A program made the position numbers and the translations under genes. A DNA stretch of 32,000 bases from assembly GCF_000260965.1 (NCBI RefSeq), contig NC_017856.1, positions 150,001 through 182,000 on the forward strand, read 5' to 3'. The stretch comes from Methylophaga frappieri. GTDB taxonomy: Bacteria; Pseudomonadota; Gammaproteobacteria; Nitrosococcales; Methylophagaceae. Positions 18,577 through 26,263 of the stretch are shown here, piece by piece. The notes beneath the pieces are model-generated. The model was not told the origin of the DNA, made no database searches, and saw only the letters and a list, made by a program, of their open reading frames with translations. Position 1 is the first letter of the stretch, and each line of letters opens with the position of its first letter.

Positions 18577-20166
18577 TTAAGTGGTTGGTTTCAAATCAAA
18601 AGCGATACATATTCGTGACTCATCCGACTCGAAAGGAATCGTACGATGAAAAACTGAAGAGGGAAACATCACGATATCACCCACTTCCGGCGTAATCGTT
18701 TTCACCGGAAAATCATCATGGCGTTTTGGGTAATTATCACCATGCGTGGATAATTCAATACTGCCCTCCTGCGCCTGTTGTTTTTGTTTTGGTAACGCTA
18801 AATATAATGAACCACTGAGCCAGCCTTCTTCATGAATATGGGATGTCAAATGCCCACCACGTCGCATTTTGACATACCACGAGCTGGCAACGACTGTTTT
18901 TTTGGGAAAGTTTTTAACAAACACACAACGTTCCCTCTGATAGGTTTGCCGATAGCGATCAATCGCTGCCGCCACTAACTTTCCTACTTGTTGAAAAGAG
19001 GCCTCTGGTCTTGTAAACAAATTACCGGCACTTTGAACGCCTTCATGCAATCTGCCTTGCTGTTTTTCCTCGATATCCGCTTTTTCAATATCAGCTAGTA
19101 AGGTCTGAAGTAAGGGGCTGTCGTTTTTGAGCTCCGGAATCGACCCGTGAAAAACAAAATCCAACGGATTGGGGCAAAACTGATAGTCATTTTTAGCCCC
19201 AAAGTTTTCTGCGTAGTGTTCTGCTAGTGTTGCCAGAAAAGGCGAGTTGTGGCGTGCTTTTTTTAACGCATCCAGCCCCGATTTAAAATCGTCAAATTGA
19301 CTAGTTTTGTACAAGCAATACAACATGCGCTCCTGCCAGTCTGCATATTTCGAGCGTTGAAAATAGTGTAACGCTTCGCTCAGATTGCCACTGTCGGATA
19401 AGTAAACGGCTAAACTATAATTCGCGATCGGTAAGTCAGGGTCAATTTTCAGTGCCGTTTTATATGCTTGGACGGATGCTTCGTAACGCCCTTGGTCACG
19501 CAACGCTTCACCGATATTGCTATGGGCTTCTGCATAGTCAGCATTGAGTCTTAACGCGGCATTATAAGCGGCTATCGCATCGGCGAGTTTTCCCTGATTT
19601 TTTAAAACCGTACCCAGGTTGAAATACACTTTGGCATCTTGGTTAAGCGTCAACGCTTGTCGATAAGCTGATTCCGCCTCCTCGGACTTGCCTAGTGTCT
19701 GGAGACAGACGCCAAGATTAGTGATTGCCTCAAAAAAGCCGGGTTGTTGGCGAATGGCATCTTGATACGCCTTGACCGCCTCAGCATACTGTCCTTGCGA
19801 TTGTAGCGCATGGCCGAGATTATAATGCGCATCGGTTAACTGGGAATTCAGCCGAATCGTTTTGCGATAAGCTGAAATCGCTTCATCAATCCGTCCAATT
19901 TGCGTTAACAGAATGGCTATATTGAAGTGCATTTCGGGGATCGTACTGTCAATTTCAATGGCTTTACGGAAGGCATTAACCGCCAATTTGGTCTGATTTT
20001 GTGCCGCAAAAGCATTTCCTAACAGGTTATATCCAACAAATGCTTTCGGATATTTTTTAACCAGTTGACGCGCCTCTGTTTCAGCGTGTTTAAACTGGCC
20101 CATGTTTAAGGCCTGAATCACTGATTGGATTGCCTGTTGGGTCGGTTGACCATGTGTTGCTTTCAT
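18577..20166 (-). CDS. TPR-repeat protein fused to a C-terminal putative 2OG-Fe(II) oxygenase domain (TIGR02466/2OG-FeII_Oxy_5-like)
   Basis: The N-terminal ~270 aa consist of about 8 tandem 34-residue TPR units (recurring A..AY..A....P....A..NLG). The C-terminus WYVKMRRGGHLTSHIHEEGWLSGSLYLALP...GDIVMFPSSVFHRTIPFESDESRICIAFDL matches the H-x-(D/E/H)...H, FP-x-x-x-H and RiSisFN pattern of that oxygenase family. Confidence 0.65.
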   Translation of the reverse strand: MKATHGQPTQQAIQSVIQALNMGQFKHAETEARQLVKKYPKAFVGYNLLGNAFAAQNQTKLAVNAFRKAIEIDSTIPEMHFNIAILLTQIGRIDEAISAYRKTIRLNSQLTDAHYNLGHALQSQGQYAEAVKAYQDAIRQQPGFFEAITNLGVCLQTLGKSEEAESAYRQALTLNQDAKVYFNLGTVLKNQGKLADAIAAYNAALRLNADYAEAHSNIGEALRDQGRYEASVQAYKTALKIDPDLPIANYSLAVYLSDSGNLSEALHYFQRSKYADWQERMLYCLYKTSQFDDFKSGLDALKKARHNSPFLATLAEHYAENFGAKNDYQFCPNPLDFVFHGSIPELKNDSPLLQTLLADIEKADIEEKQQGRLHEGVQSAGNLFTRPEASFQQVGKLVAAAIDRYRQTYQRERCVFVKNFPKKTVVASSWYVKMRRGGHLTSHIHEEGWLSGSLYLALPKQKQQAQEGSIELSTHGDNYPKRHDDFPVKTITPEVGDIVMFPSSVFHRTIPFESDESRICIAFDLKPTT

Positions 20167-20272
20167 GCGGTACTCGTCTAACTATTAATATGTCCGTTCG
20201 CTAGACTGTATATCAGGGTTAATTTTTGGGCAATATTCCCTAATTAAATGTCTCGGGGAGGAGGAAACAGAT

Positions 20273-21304
20273 TTGGATACTTTCACACAAGCTTTGTTGG
20301 GCGGCGCAGTGGGTTATGCCGTTGCCGGACGCAAATCCTCTCGCAAAGCCTTGCTAGTCGGTGCTGCCATCGCAGTGTTGCCGGATTTGGATATTTTTAT
20401 TCCTTACGAGAATGATCTGGACAGCATGACCTTTCACCGCAGTTGGAGTCATTCCTGGCTGGTCCAAAGTCTGCTCGCGCCATTGATTGCTTTGTTGATT
20501 TATTGGCGTGATCAATCGCTGAGATATATCGACTGGTGGCTTGTCGTCTGGCTTGCTTTGATAACGCACTCGGCGCTGGATGCGCTCACCGTCTACGGCA
20601 CACAGATTTTCTGGCCATTTATGCCCCACCCTGCCTCCGGCGGCAGTATTTTTATAATTGATCCGATATATAGTTTGCTGCTGCTCGGTGGTTTTCTCAG
20701 TATTTTATTTTTTCCGCTATCTCGTCTGGCGCGACGCATCATGCTCAGTGTGACCGTATTGAGTACGTTGTATCTGCTTTGGGGGCTGATTGCCCAATTC
20801 TGGATTGCCCAGCAGACGCGAGACTATATTCAACAAACGCAGCTGGATGCACAGCATTTTCAGGTCAGTGCTGCGCCTTTAAACACGTTGCTATGGCGCA
20901 TCGTTATTGTTTCGGATACGCATTATTATCAAGGGTTTCGTTCGGTTTTTGATGGTGATGCCGCGTTGACTTTGCAACGATTTGATCGTGGGCTGCCGTT
21001 GATAAACGCCTTGGCTGACTCCCCCGACTTGCAGCGATTTAACTGGTTTACCCGCGGCTTGTTCAAAACCGAGCAACTAGGCGATGTACTGGTTGCCAGT
21101 GATTTGCGTATGGGCATGGAACCGGATTACTTTTTTCGATTTGCATTGGCGAAACGAAAATCAGGTAAATGGCTGCCGGTTAAGCCAGCGCAGTTACCGA
21201 CAGCCAGAAATGCCGAATCTGGTCTAAAATGGGTCTGGCAGCGTATCTGGGCTCCACAAGTCAACCGCCCTGCTTTGCTATCAGATGAGAATACCGCGCG
21301 GTAA
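20273..21304 (+). CDS. YdjM/YbcI-like membrane-bound metal-dependent hydrolase (DUF457) with long C-terminal extension
   Basis: TTG start 7 nt after GGGGAGGAGG. The N-terminus MDTFTQALLGGAVGYA and ...SWSHSW...ITHSALDALT... are typical DUF457 helices. At 343 aa it is about 150 aa longer than E. coli YdjM. Confidence 0.65.
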   Translation: MDTFTQALLGGAVGYAVAGRKSSRKALLVGAAIAVLPDLDIFIPYENDLDSMTFHRSWSHSWLVQSLLAPLIALLIYWRDQSLRYIDWWLVVWLALITHSALDALTVYGTQIFWPFMPHPASGGSIFIIDPIYSLLLLGGFLSILFFPLSRLARRIMLSVTVLSTLYLLWGLIAQFWIAQQTRDYIQQTQLDAQHFQVSAAPLNTLLWRIVIVSDTHYYQGFRSVFDGDAALTLQRFDRGLPLINALADSPDLQRFNWFTRGLFKTEQLGDVLVASDLRMGMEPDYFFRFALAKRKSGKWLPVKPAQLPTARNAESGLKWVWQRIWAPQVNRPALLSDENTAR

Positions 21305-22012
21305 CCAGTCGGCAATGATTTGCCGGGCACCCTCGCGGACGACGGCGGGATTCGGGTGCTGCAATGTCTCGGCAATTTGATTCGCCGCCGCGTTACCCGT
21401 CATGCCCTCGCCCAGCAACTCAATCAGTCGAGCACTAACCGGGTTAAGCTCGATAAATTTTACGGCATCGTTGGCATTGCGATACACCAGCATAAATACT
21501 GGCTGAGCTAAAGGCGTGGTCGGCTGATTGTCCGGCCCAATTTGATGCACCGGGAACTGGTAACGCAGTGTCCAGGCCAAGGGTGACAGATGAAAAACCG
21601 TTGCCATCATGGCATCGTCGGCAATTTCCCGAGCTTGATACGGCTCGGCAGACAGGTTAAGTGCCAACTCTACCCACTCGTAGTGCGCTAATTCTCTCAA
21701 AAATGGCGGATCCTGAGCACCATCTCGCTCATTATCCAGATAGGCGAGAAACTCACGCGCGATTTCATTAAACAGCGGCGCCTGGCAGCGGTGTTTGACA
21801 ATGAAGTCACGAATCATGGCATGCCAGTCTGAATCGGACAGGATTTGCTTGATAACCGGAAACGCCTTGCTGCAAAAACTTTCGATATTGTTGTAAATCA
21901 GACGCCGATAAATTGCCAAGCGTCGATCTTCGATACCGGCGGGCGCGGGCACATCAGGGTTCCGCAAATGACCTGCAAACGCCATTTGCGTTTCACGCAG
22001 GGTTTTATCCAT
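21281..22012 (-). CDS. DUF2063 protein (HvfC/BufC-like partner of DUF692 enzymes)
   Basis: 243 aa. MQ.AFAGHLRNP......IEDRRLAIYRRLIYNNIESFCSKAFPVIKQIL and REFLAYL match the DUF2063 N-terminal domain pattern as recalled. The ATG overlaps the DUF692 stop by 8 nt. Confidence 0.8.
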   Translation of the reverse strand: MDKTLRETQMAFAGHLRNPDVPAPAGIEDRRLAIYRRLIYNNIESFCSKAFPVIKQILSDSDWHAMIRDFIVKHRCQAPLFNEIAREFLAYLDNERDGAQDPPFLRELAHYEWVELALNLSAEPYQAREIADDAMMATVFHLSPLAWTLRYQFPVHQIGPDNQPTTPLAQPVFMLVYRNANDAVKFIELNPVSARLIELLGEGMTGNAAANQIAETLQHPNPAVVREGARQIIADWLPRGILI

Positions 22013-22877
22013 GTTTTAACACATCGCTGACTTGTTGCGTTGCCTGTGACTGGTAATGACGGATAACCGCCACTTCATCAAATAGACTTTGCAATGACGG
22101 AATATCAAAATCACGCTCCAGCAAGGTCGGGCGCATGCCAATTCGTTGATAGGTGTAGGCCAGCAACTCCCAGACCGGATCTTCGACATCGGCGCCATGG
22201 GTATCGACAATCAAATCCTCGGCTTCATGGTGATGCCCTGCCACATGCAGATAAGCCACCCGGTCGGGATGAATCGCATCAATATAGGATTTGGCATCAT
22301 AACGATGATTCACGCTATTCACATAAACGTTATTAACATCAAGAAGCAGATCACAATCTGCCTGTTCAACCACCGCGTTGACGAAGCTGATTTCATCCAT
22401 TTCCTGCCCCGGCGCAGCATAATAAGACACATTTTCGATAATCAGCCGCCGTTGCAAAATATCCTGAACCCGGGAAATACGATCTGCGACGTGGCGCACC
22501 GCTGCTTCCGTAAAGGGAATCGGCATCAAATCATAGAGATGACCATCGTCGCCGCAATAACTAAGATGTTCACTATAAAGCCGAATCTGATGGGTATCTA
22601 AAAAAGTCCGCAACCGGCGCACAAAAGTCTCATCGAGCGGCGCAGGGCCACCAACCGACAACGATAAACCGTGACAGAGCATGGGATAGCGCTCCGTCAA
22701 ACGGCGCAAGGCTTTGGCATATCGGCCGCCCATTTCCAGCCAGTTTTCCGGCGCAATTTCCAAAAAATCCACCGGCGCATGAGCCTCTTCCAACAACGCA
22801 TCCATGAAACTGCGCCGCAAGCCGAGGCCGGCGCCAACGACCGAGTTATCTGTTTTGTACGTATTTTGCTGTGCCAT
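22005..22877 (-). CDS. DUF692 / UPF0276 TIM-barrel protein (MbnB-like multinuclear non-heme iron oxidative enzyme, MNIO)
   Basis: 290 aa. GAGLGLRR, DFLEIAPENW, CHGLSLSVGG, LYSEHLSY, IIENVSYY, LLLDVNNVYVNSVNH and AYLHVAGHH are the conserved blocks of DUF692/MbnB-family enzymes. Confidence 0.88.
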   Translation of the reverse strand: MAQQNTYKTDNSVVGAGLGLRRSFMDALLEEAHAPVDFLEIAPENWLEMGGRYAKALRRLTERYPMLCHGLSLSVGGPAPLDETFVRRLRTFLDTHQIRLYSEHLSYCGDDGHLYDLMPIPFTEAAVRHVADRISRVQDILQRRLIIENVSYYAAPGQEMDEISFVNAVVEQADCDLLLDVNNVYVNSVNHRYDAKSYIDAIHPDRVAYLHVAGHHHEAEDLIVDTHGADVEDPVWELLAYTYQRIGMRPTLLERDFDIPSLQSLFDEVAVIRHYQSQATQQVSDVLKHG

Positions 22878-22914
22878 GATTAATCTGACGTGTCTGCGGG
22901 CAATTTGTTACAGA

Positions 22915-23667
22915 TTATTTTTTGGCCGGTACTTCAAACATGCTTCTATCGACGCCAACATTGCCGTGTTGCTTGTCATACAGGGTGACAATGGCTTTGT
23001 AGTGGCCGGGGTCGGTTAATGTTGTTTTGCCACGAAACATGCCCACCGGGCCCACAAATTTCATTGGCACCTCGGTAATAGTTTTGTCTTCCTTCATGAT
23101 AATCGCAGTGGCCTGATAATTATCCGCCTGCCAGTGACCATCATGGGTAATCGGGCAGCCACAAAGCAGCGCCGCCTTGGTCATAATATTGACCTCGCCG
23201 CTTTCCAACACCTGCGTCCAGGCATCGACAATGAATCCGGTCATATTCAGAATAATGCCGTCGCCTAAGATAGGTTTGCCGGGAATCACCCAGGTTGTCA
23301 CCGAAGCCGCTTGTAACGATTGACGATAACCGTAGGGTGCAAACAAGCTAATTCGAACCAGTCGTGGCGTCTCGATATCAAGGGTTGCCAGATAACCGGC
23401 TGTAGTATCGGTTGTTTGCCGCTGGCCGCGTTCGAGCGGATTTTTTATCAAAACAGCCGTATCACCGGTATCGCCGCTAATCCAGCCGGTATCCAGAATT
23501 TCGCCCGTTTCCGCATCTTCAATAACGGCTTTAACGCCGCCGACACTGGTACCGATAAATTTCGCATCAACGGCTTTGGCCCGCACCATGATCTGTGTTG
23601 GTTCTGCCGCTGCCGAAAATGCCCAAGACAGACATAAAGTGGTCAATAAAAGTCGTATCGCATTCAT
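22915..23667 (-). CDS. Sec-exported 250-aa beta-rich protein of unknown family with CGCPITHDGH motif
   Basis: ATG 23667 (AGGAAG upstream, 1 nt after the rhodanese stop) gives MNAIRLLLTTLCLSWAFSAAA/EP, a signal peptidase I type signal. The mature protein has only two Cys (C169, C171), in LLCGCPITHDGHW. The C-terminus (HYKAIVTLYDKQHGNVGVDRSMFEV) looks like an Ig/FixH-YtkA-type beta sandwich. I recognise no family. Confidence 0.7.
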   Translation of the reverse strand: MNAIRLLLTTLCLSWAFSAAAEPTQIMVRAKAVDAKFIGTSVGGVKAVIEDAETGEILDTGWISGDTGDTAVLIKNPLERGQRQTTDTTAGYLATLDIETPRLVRISLFAPYGYRQSLQAASVTTWVIPGKPILGDGIILNMTGFIVDAWTQVLESGEVNIMTKAALLCGCPITHDGHWQADNYQATAIIMKEDKTITEVPMKFVGPVGMFRGKTTLTDPGHYKAIVTLYDKQHGNVGVDRSMFEVPAKK

Positions 23668-23668
23668 C

Positions 23669-24016
23669 TTAACTTCCTGCTTGCCAGGCATCATAGCCAC
23701 CAATCACATTGACGACATTGCTATAGCCAAGTTGTTGTAAGGTTGCGGTGGCGAGTGCAGCGCGACCACCTGATTTGCAATAAACAACAATCGAGCGGGT
23801 TTTATCCTGAAAGTCGGGATGATTGCCCACCATGAATTCCAGCAGGCCGCGAGGAATATGACGGGCATCGGCAATATGACCGGCCTCAAATTCCACTGGC
23901 TCACGGACATCCAGCGCAATACTATCTTCCCGTAACATTTGTTGTGCTTGCGATACACTCACTTCCTGAATCGCCGCTTTGGCAGCTTGAACTAAATCCA
24001 TTGCGGTTTTGGCCAT
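23669..24016 (-). CDS. Single-domain rhodanese (sulfurtransferase)
   Basis: 115 aa. Active-site loop VVYCKSGGRAALA (C-x4-R) and the GHIADARHIP block. Very strong SD (AAGGAGGT) 5 nt before the ATG. No signal peptide. Confidence 0.85.
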   Translation of the reverse strand: MAKTAMDLVQAAKAAIQEVSVSQAQQMLREDSIALDVREPVEFEAGHIADARHIPRGLLEFMVGNHPDFQDKTRSIVVYCKSGGRAALATATLQQLGYSNVVNVIGGYDAWQAGS

Positions 24017-24157
24017 GATTTACCTCCTTGACAGATATAATAATTAAGACACATTGCAACGCGATTGGTTTTGTCCAACACGTCGCCTGTTACAATGCCT
24101 CTATCCTATCGCAAAGCCAACCCCGTTTGGCACTGATTTATCAGCCGGAAATACCTG

Positions 24158-25138
24158 ATGCTGGCCTATATTATTCGACGTTTACTCTACGCTGTACCCA
24201 TTTTGATTGGCGTCAATCTGCTGACTTTTTCGTTGTTTTTTCTGGTCAATACACCGGACGATATGGCACGCATGCAGCTTGGTGATCGCTACATCAGTGA
24301 TCAGGCCATCGATAACTGGAAAGCGCAGCGCGGCTACGACAAACCATTACTGTTTAATCCGCAGGCAACCGGTCAGGAAAAACTCACGGACACCATCTTT
24401 TTTGAAAAATCGGTGCGTTTGTTCGTTTTTGATTTTGGCCGGGCAGATGATGGTCGTGATATTGCGCAGGATATTCAGGACAGAATGTGGCCCAGTCTGG
24501 CCATCGCTTTACCCGTATTTATTATTGGCATTATGGTCAATATCACTTTTGCCATGTTGATGGTGTTTTTTCGTGCCAGTTATCTGGATACGGGCGGCGT
24601 GGTCTTATGTGTGATGCTGATGTCGATTTCCAGTCTGTTTTACATCATCGCCGGTCAGTTTGTTGTCGGAAAACTATTGCAACTGGTGCCGATTTCCGGA
24701 TTCAGTGATGGCTGGATGGCATTAAAATTCATGATTTTGCCAATCGTAGTCGGCATTGTCTCAGGCATTGGTGCCGGCGCACGTTGGTATCGCACCCTGT
24801 TTTTAGAAGAAGTCACTAAAGACTATGTCCGAACGGCACGGGCCAAGGGGTTATCCGAATTACGTGTTTTGTTTGGCCATGTTCTCAAAAACGCCATGTT
24901 GCCGATTTTGACTGGCGCGGTAGTGCTGCTGCCGACCTTGTTTATGGGGAGTTTGATTCTGGAATCGTTTTTTGGCATTCCAGGACTGGGCAGCTATACC
25001 ATTGATGCCATTAATGCGCAGGATTTTGCCATCGTTCGGGCCATGGTTTTTCTGGGCTCGGTGCTGTATATCGCCGGTCTGATAATGACCGATATTTCTT
25101 ATACGTTAGTTGACCCACGTGTACGCCTGAATGACTAA
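24158..25138 (+). CDS. ABC transporter permease, Opp/Dpp (DppB/OppB-like) family
   Basis: 326 aa. The N-terminus MLAYIIRRLLYAVPILIGVNLLTFSLFF and the EAA-loop YVRTARAKGLSELRVLFGHVLKNAMLPILT are characteristic of peptide/nickel-type permease B subunits. No C subunit, ATPase or binding protein is present in the window. Confidence 0.85.
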   Translation: MLAYIIRRLLYAVPILIGVNLLTFSLFFLVNTPDDMARMQLGDRYISDQAIDNWKAQRGYDKPLLFNPQATGQEKLTDTIFFEKSVRLFVFDFGRADDGRDIAQDIQDRMWPSLAIALPVFIIGIMVNITFAMLMVFFRASYLDTGGVVLCVMLMSISSLFYIIAGQFVVGKLLQLVPISGFSDGWMALKFMILPIVVGIVSGIGAGARWYRTLFLEEVTKDYVRTARAKGLSELRVLFGHVLKNAMLPILTGAVVLLPTLFMGSLILESFFGIPGLGSYTIDAINAQDFAIVRAMVFLGSVLYIAGLIMTDISYTLVDPRVRLND

Positions 25139-25940
25139 GCCGAGTGAAACCATTGCGTTGCGACTTGAGGCACAAGCTGTGCTGGCAGTCTCTAACGCCG
25201 AACAAAAAGCCCTGCAGACCCGGGATTTAGCAGCACGCTGCAGAGAACAGGGTTATCACCTCTCGCATCAGCCCCTGGCCGTCGCCGATCACCCCGGCCG
25301 CCCCGACAAACCCGAACTGGTTGCCCCTAAAGAGCTCCCCAGACGACGTAACAATCGAGACACCGGTCACGCCAGTCTGATTCACGCGATTTGTCATATT
25401 GAATTTAATGCTATCAATCTGGCGCTGGATGCCATTGCACGCTTTACCAATATGCCGGATCAGTATTACGCCGACTGGTTACAAGTGGCGGATGAAGAAG
25501 CCCGTCATTTTCAAACGTTGAGTGCGCACCTGCACAGCAGTGGCTTTGCCTATGGCGACTTTCCAGCACACAACGGACTATGGGAAATGGCGCTAAAAAC
25601 CCACCATGATCCGTTACTCAGAATGGCGCTGGTACCACGAGTTCTGGAAGCACGAGGCCTCGATGTCACGCCAAAGATGATGGAAAAATTACGTCAAAGT
25701 GGCGATCTGGGTGCGGTCGACATTCTGGAAATCATTTTGCAGGAAGAAATTGGTCATGTTGCCATTGGCACACGCTGGTTTAATTATCTCTGCGATCAAA
25801 GACAACTGGATCCGTTAAACACATTCACCGCCTTGCTGGAAACCCATTTTCACGGCGCAATTCGCGGTCCGTTTCATCTTGAAGCCCGGGAACAGGCAGG
25901 CTTTACTGAAGCAGAACTGACGTGGCTGACCAACCGTTAA
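25131..25940 (+). CDS. DUF455 ferritin-like di-iron protein
   Basis: 269 aa with two ExxH motifs in helical context (VADEEARHF and ILQEEIGHVAIG) and an additional HAICHIEFNAINLA block, the pattern of DUF455/MiaE-like ferritin-fold proteins. The ATG overlaps the permease stop (ATGACTAA). Confidence 0.65.
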   Translation: MTKPSETIALRLEAQAVLAVSNAEQKALQTRDLAARCREQGYHLSHQPLAVADHPGRPDKPELVAPKELPRRRNNRDTGHASLIHAICHIEFNAINLALDAIARFTNMPDQYYADWLQVADEEARHFQTLSAHLHSSGFAYGDFPAHNGLWEMALKTHHDPLLRMALVPRVLEARGLDVTPKMMEKLRQSGDLGAVDILEIILQEEIGHVAIGTRWFNYLCDQRQLDPLNTFTALLETHFHGAIRGPFHLEAREQAGFTEAELTWLTNR

Positions 25941-26263
25941 TTGTCTTCTGACTGCGCCAGCTTTTTCTTTTTTTCCATTTCCGCTTTCTGACGTCTGGAT
26001 TCTTTAGGGTCAGCGATAAGCCCGCGGTATATTTCGATGCGATCCTTATGCTGCAAGGTCGCGTTAAGTTTGCAAATCTTACCGAAAATGCCCACTTTAT
26101 CTTTGCTTAAATCAATCTGGCTGTAGCGCGCTAAGATGCCGGAACGGTTAATTGCTTCTTCCACAGTGGTTTCTGGCAACACTTCAATCGGCAAAATAAT
26201 CTGCTCGTTGGGTAATGCATAGGCCACTTCGACAGTCATTAATTGTGGCTCAGATTCAGCCAT
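25937..26263 (-). CDS. rnfH: RnfH family (UPF0125, ubiquitin-like fold) protein
   Basis: ...VEVAYALPNEQ.......L.E.TTVEEAI..SG.........DL.K.KVGI....KL...L...DRIEIYR.LIADPKE.RRQ.AE is colinear with E. coli RnfH/YfjF. The start is uncertain, either ATG 26263 or ATG 26239; 26263 overlaps the ratA stop by 8 nt. Confidence 0.85.
   Translation of the reverse strand: MAESEPQLMTVEVAYALPNEQIILPIEVLPETTVEEAINRSGILARYSQIDLSKDKVGIFGKICKLNATLQHKDRIEIYRGLIADPKESRRQKAEMEKKKKLAQSEDN

Noticed and set aside
20204-20223. Possible LexA box upstream of the YdjM-like gene (GACTGTATATCAGGGTTAAT); E. coli ydjM is SOS-regulated.
   Set aside because: Only the left half (ACTGTATAT) matches CTGT-N8-ACAG. The right half has no ACAG, so it is not a functional-looking palindrome.
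22094-23637. Plus-strand ORFs (22146..22601, 22671..22883, 22804..23019, 23320..23637) that might have hidden a small precursor peptide for the MNIO.
   Set aside because: They are on the wrong strand relative to the operon and lie antisense inside the DUF692 gene and the exported-protein gene. They have no signal peptide and no Cys-rich core.
23992-24054. 20-codon minus-strand ORF found by hand (MCLNYYICQGGKSWPKPQWI) with two Cys, overlapping the rhodanese start; considered as a possible MNIO precursor peptide.
   Set aside because: It has no Shine-Dalgarno sequence and is out of frame across the rhodanese SD and ATG. It has no signal or leader features, and an ORF of this length is expected by chance. 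It cannot be supported from sequence alone and is worth rechecking only if Ribo-seq data exist.
24128-24143. Sigma-54-like motif TGGCAC-TGATT-TATCA on the plus strand before the ABC permease.
   Set aside because: The -12 GC is replaced by TC, and the element ends only about 15 nt before the ATG, leaving no room for a normal leader and SD.
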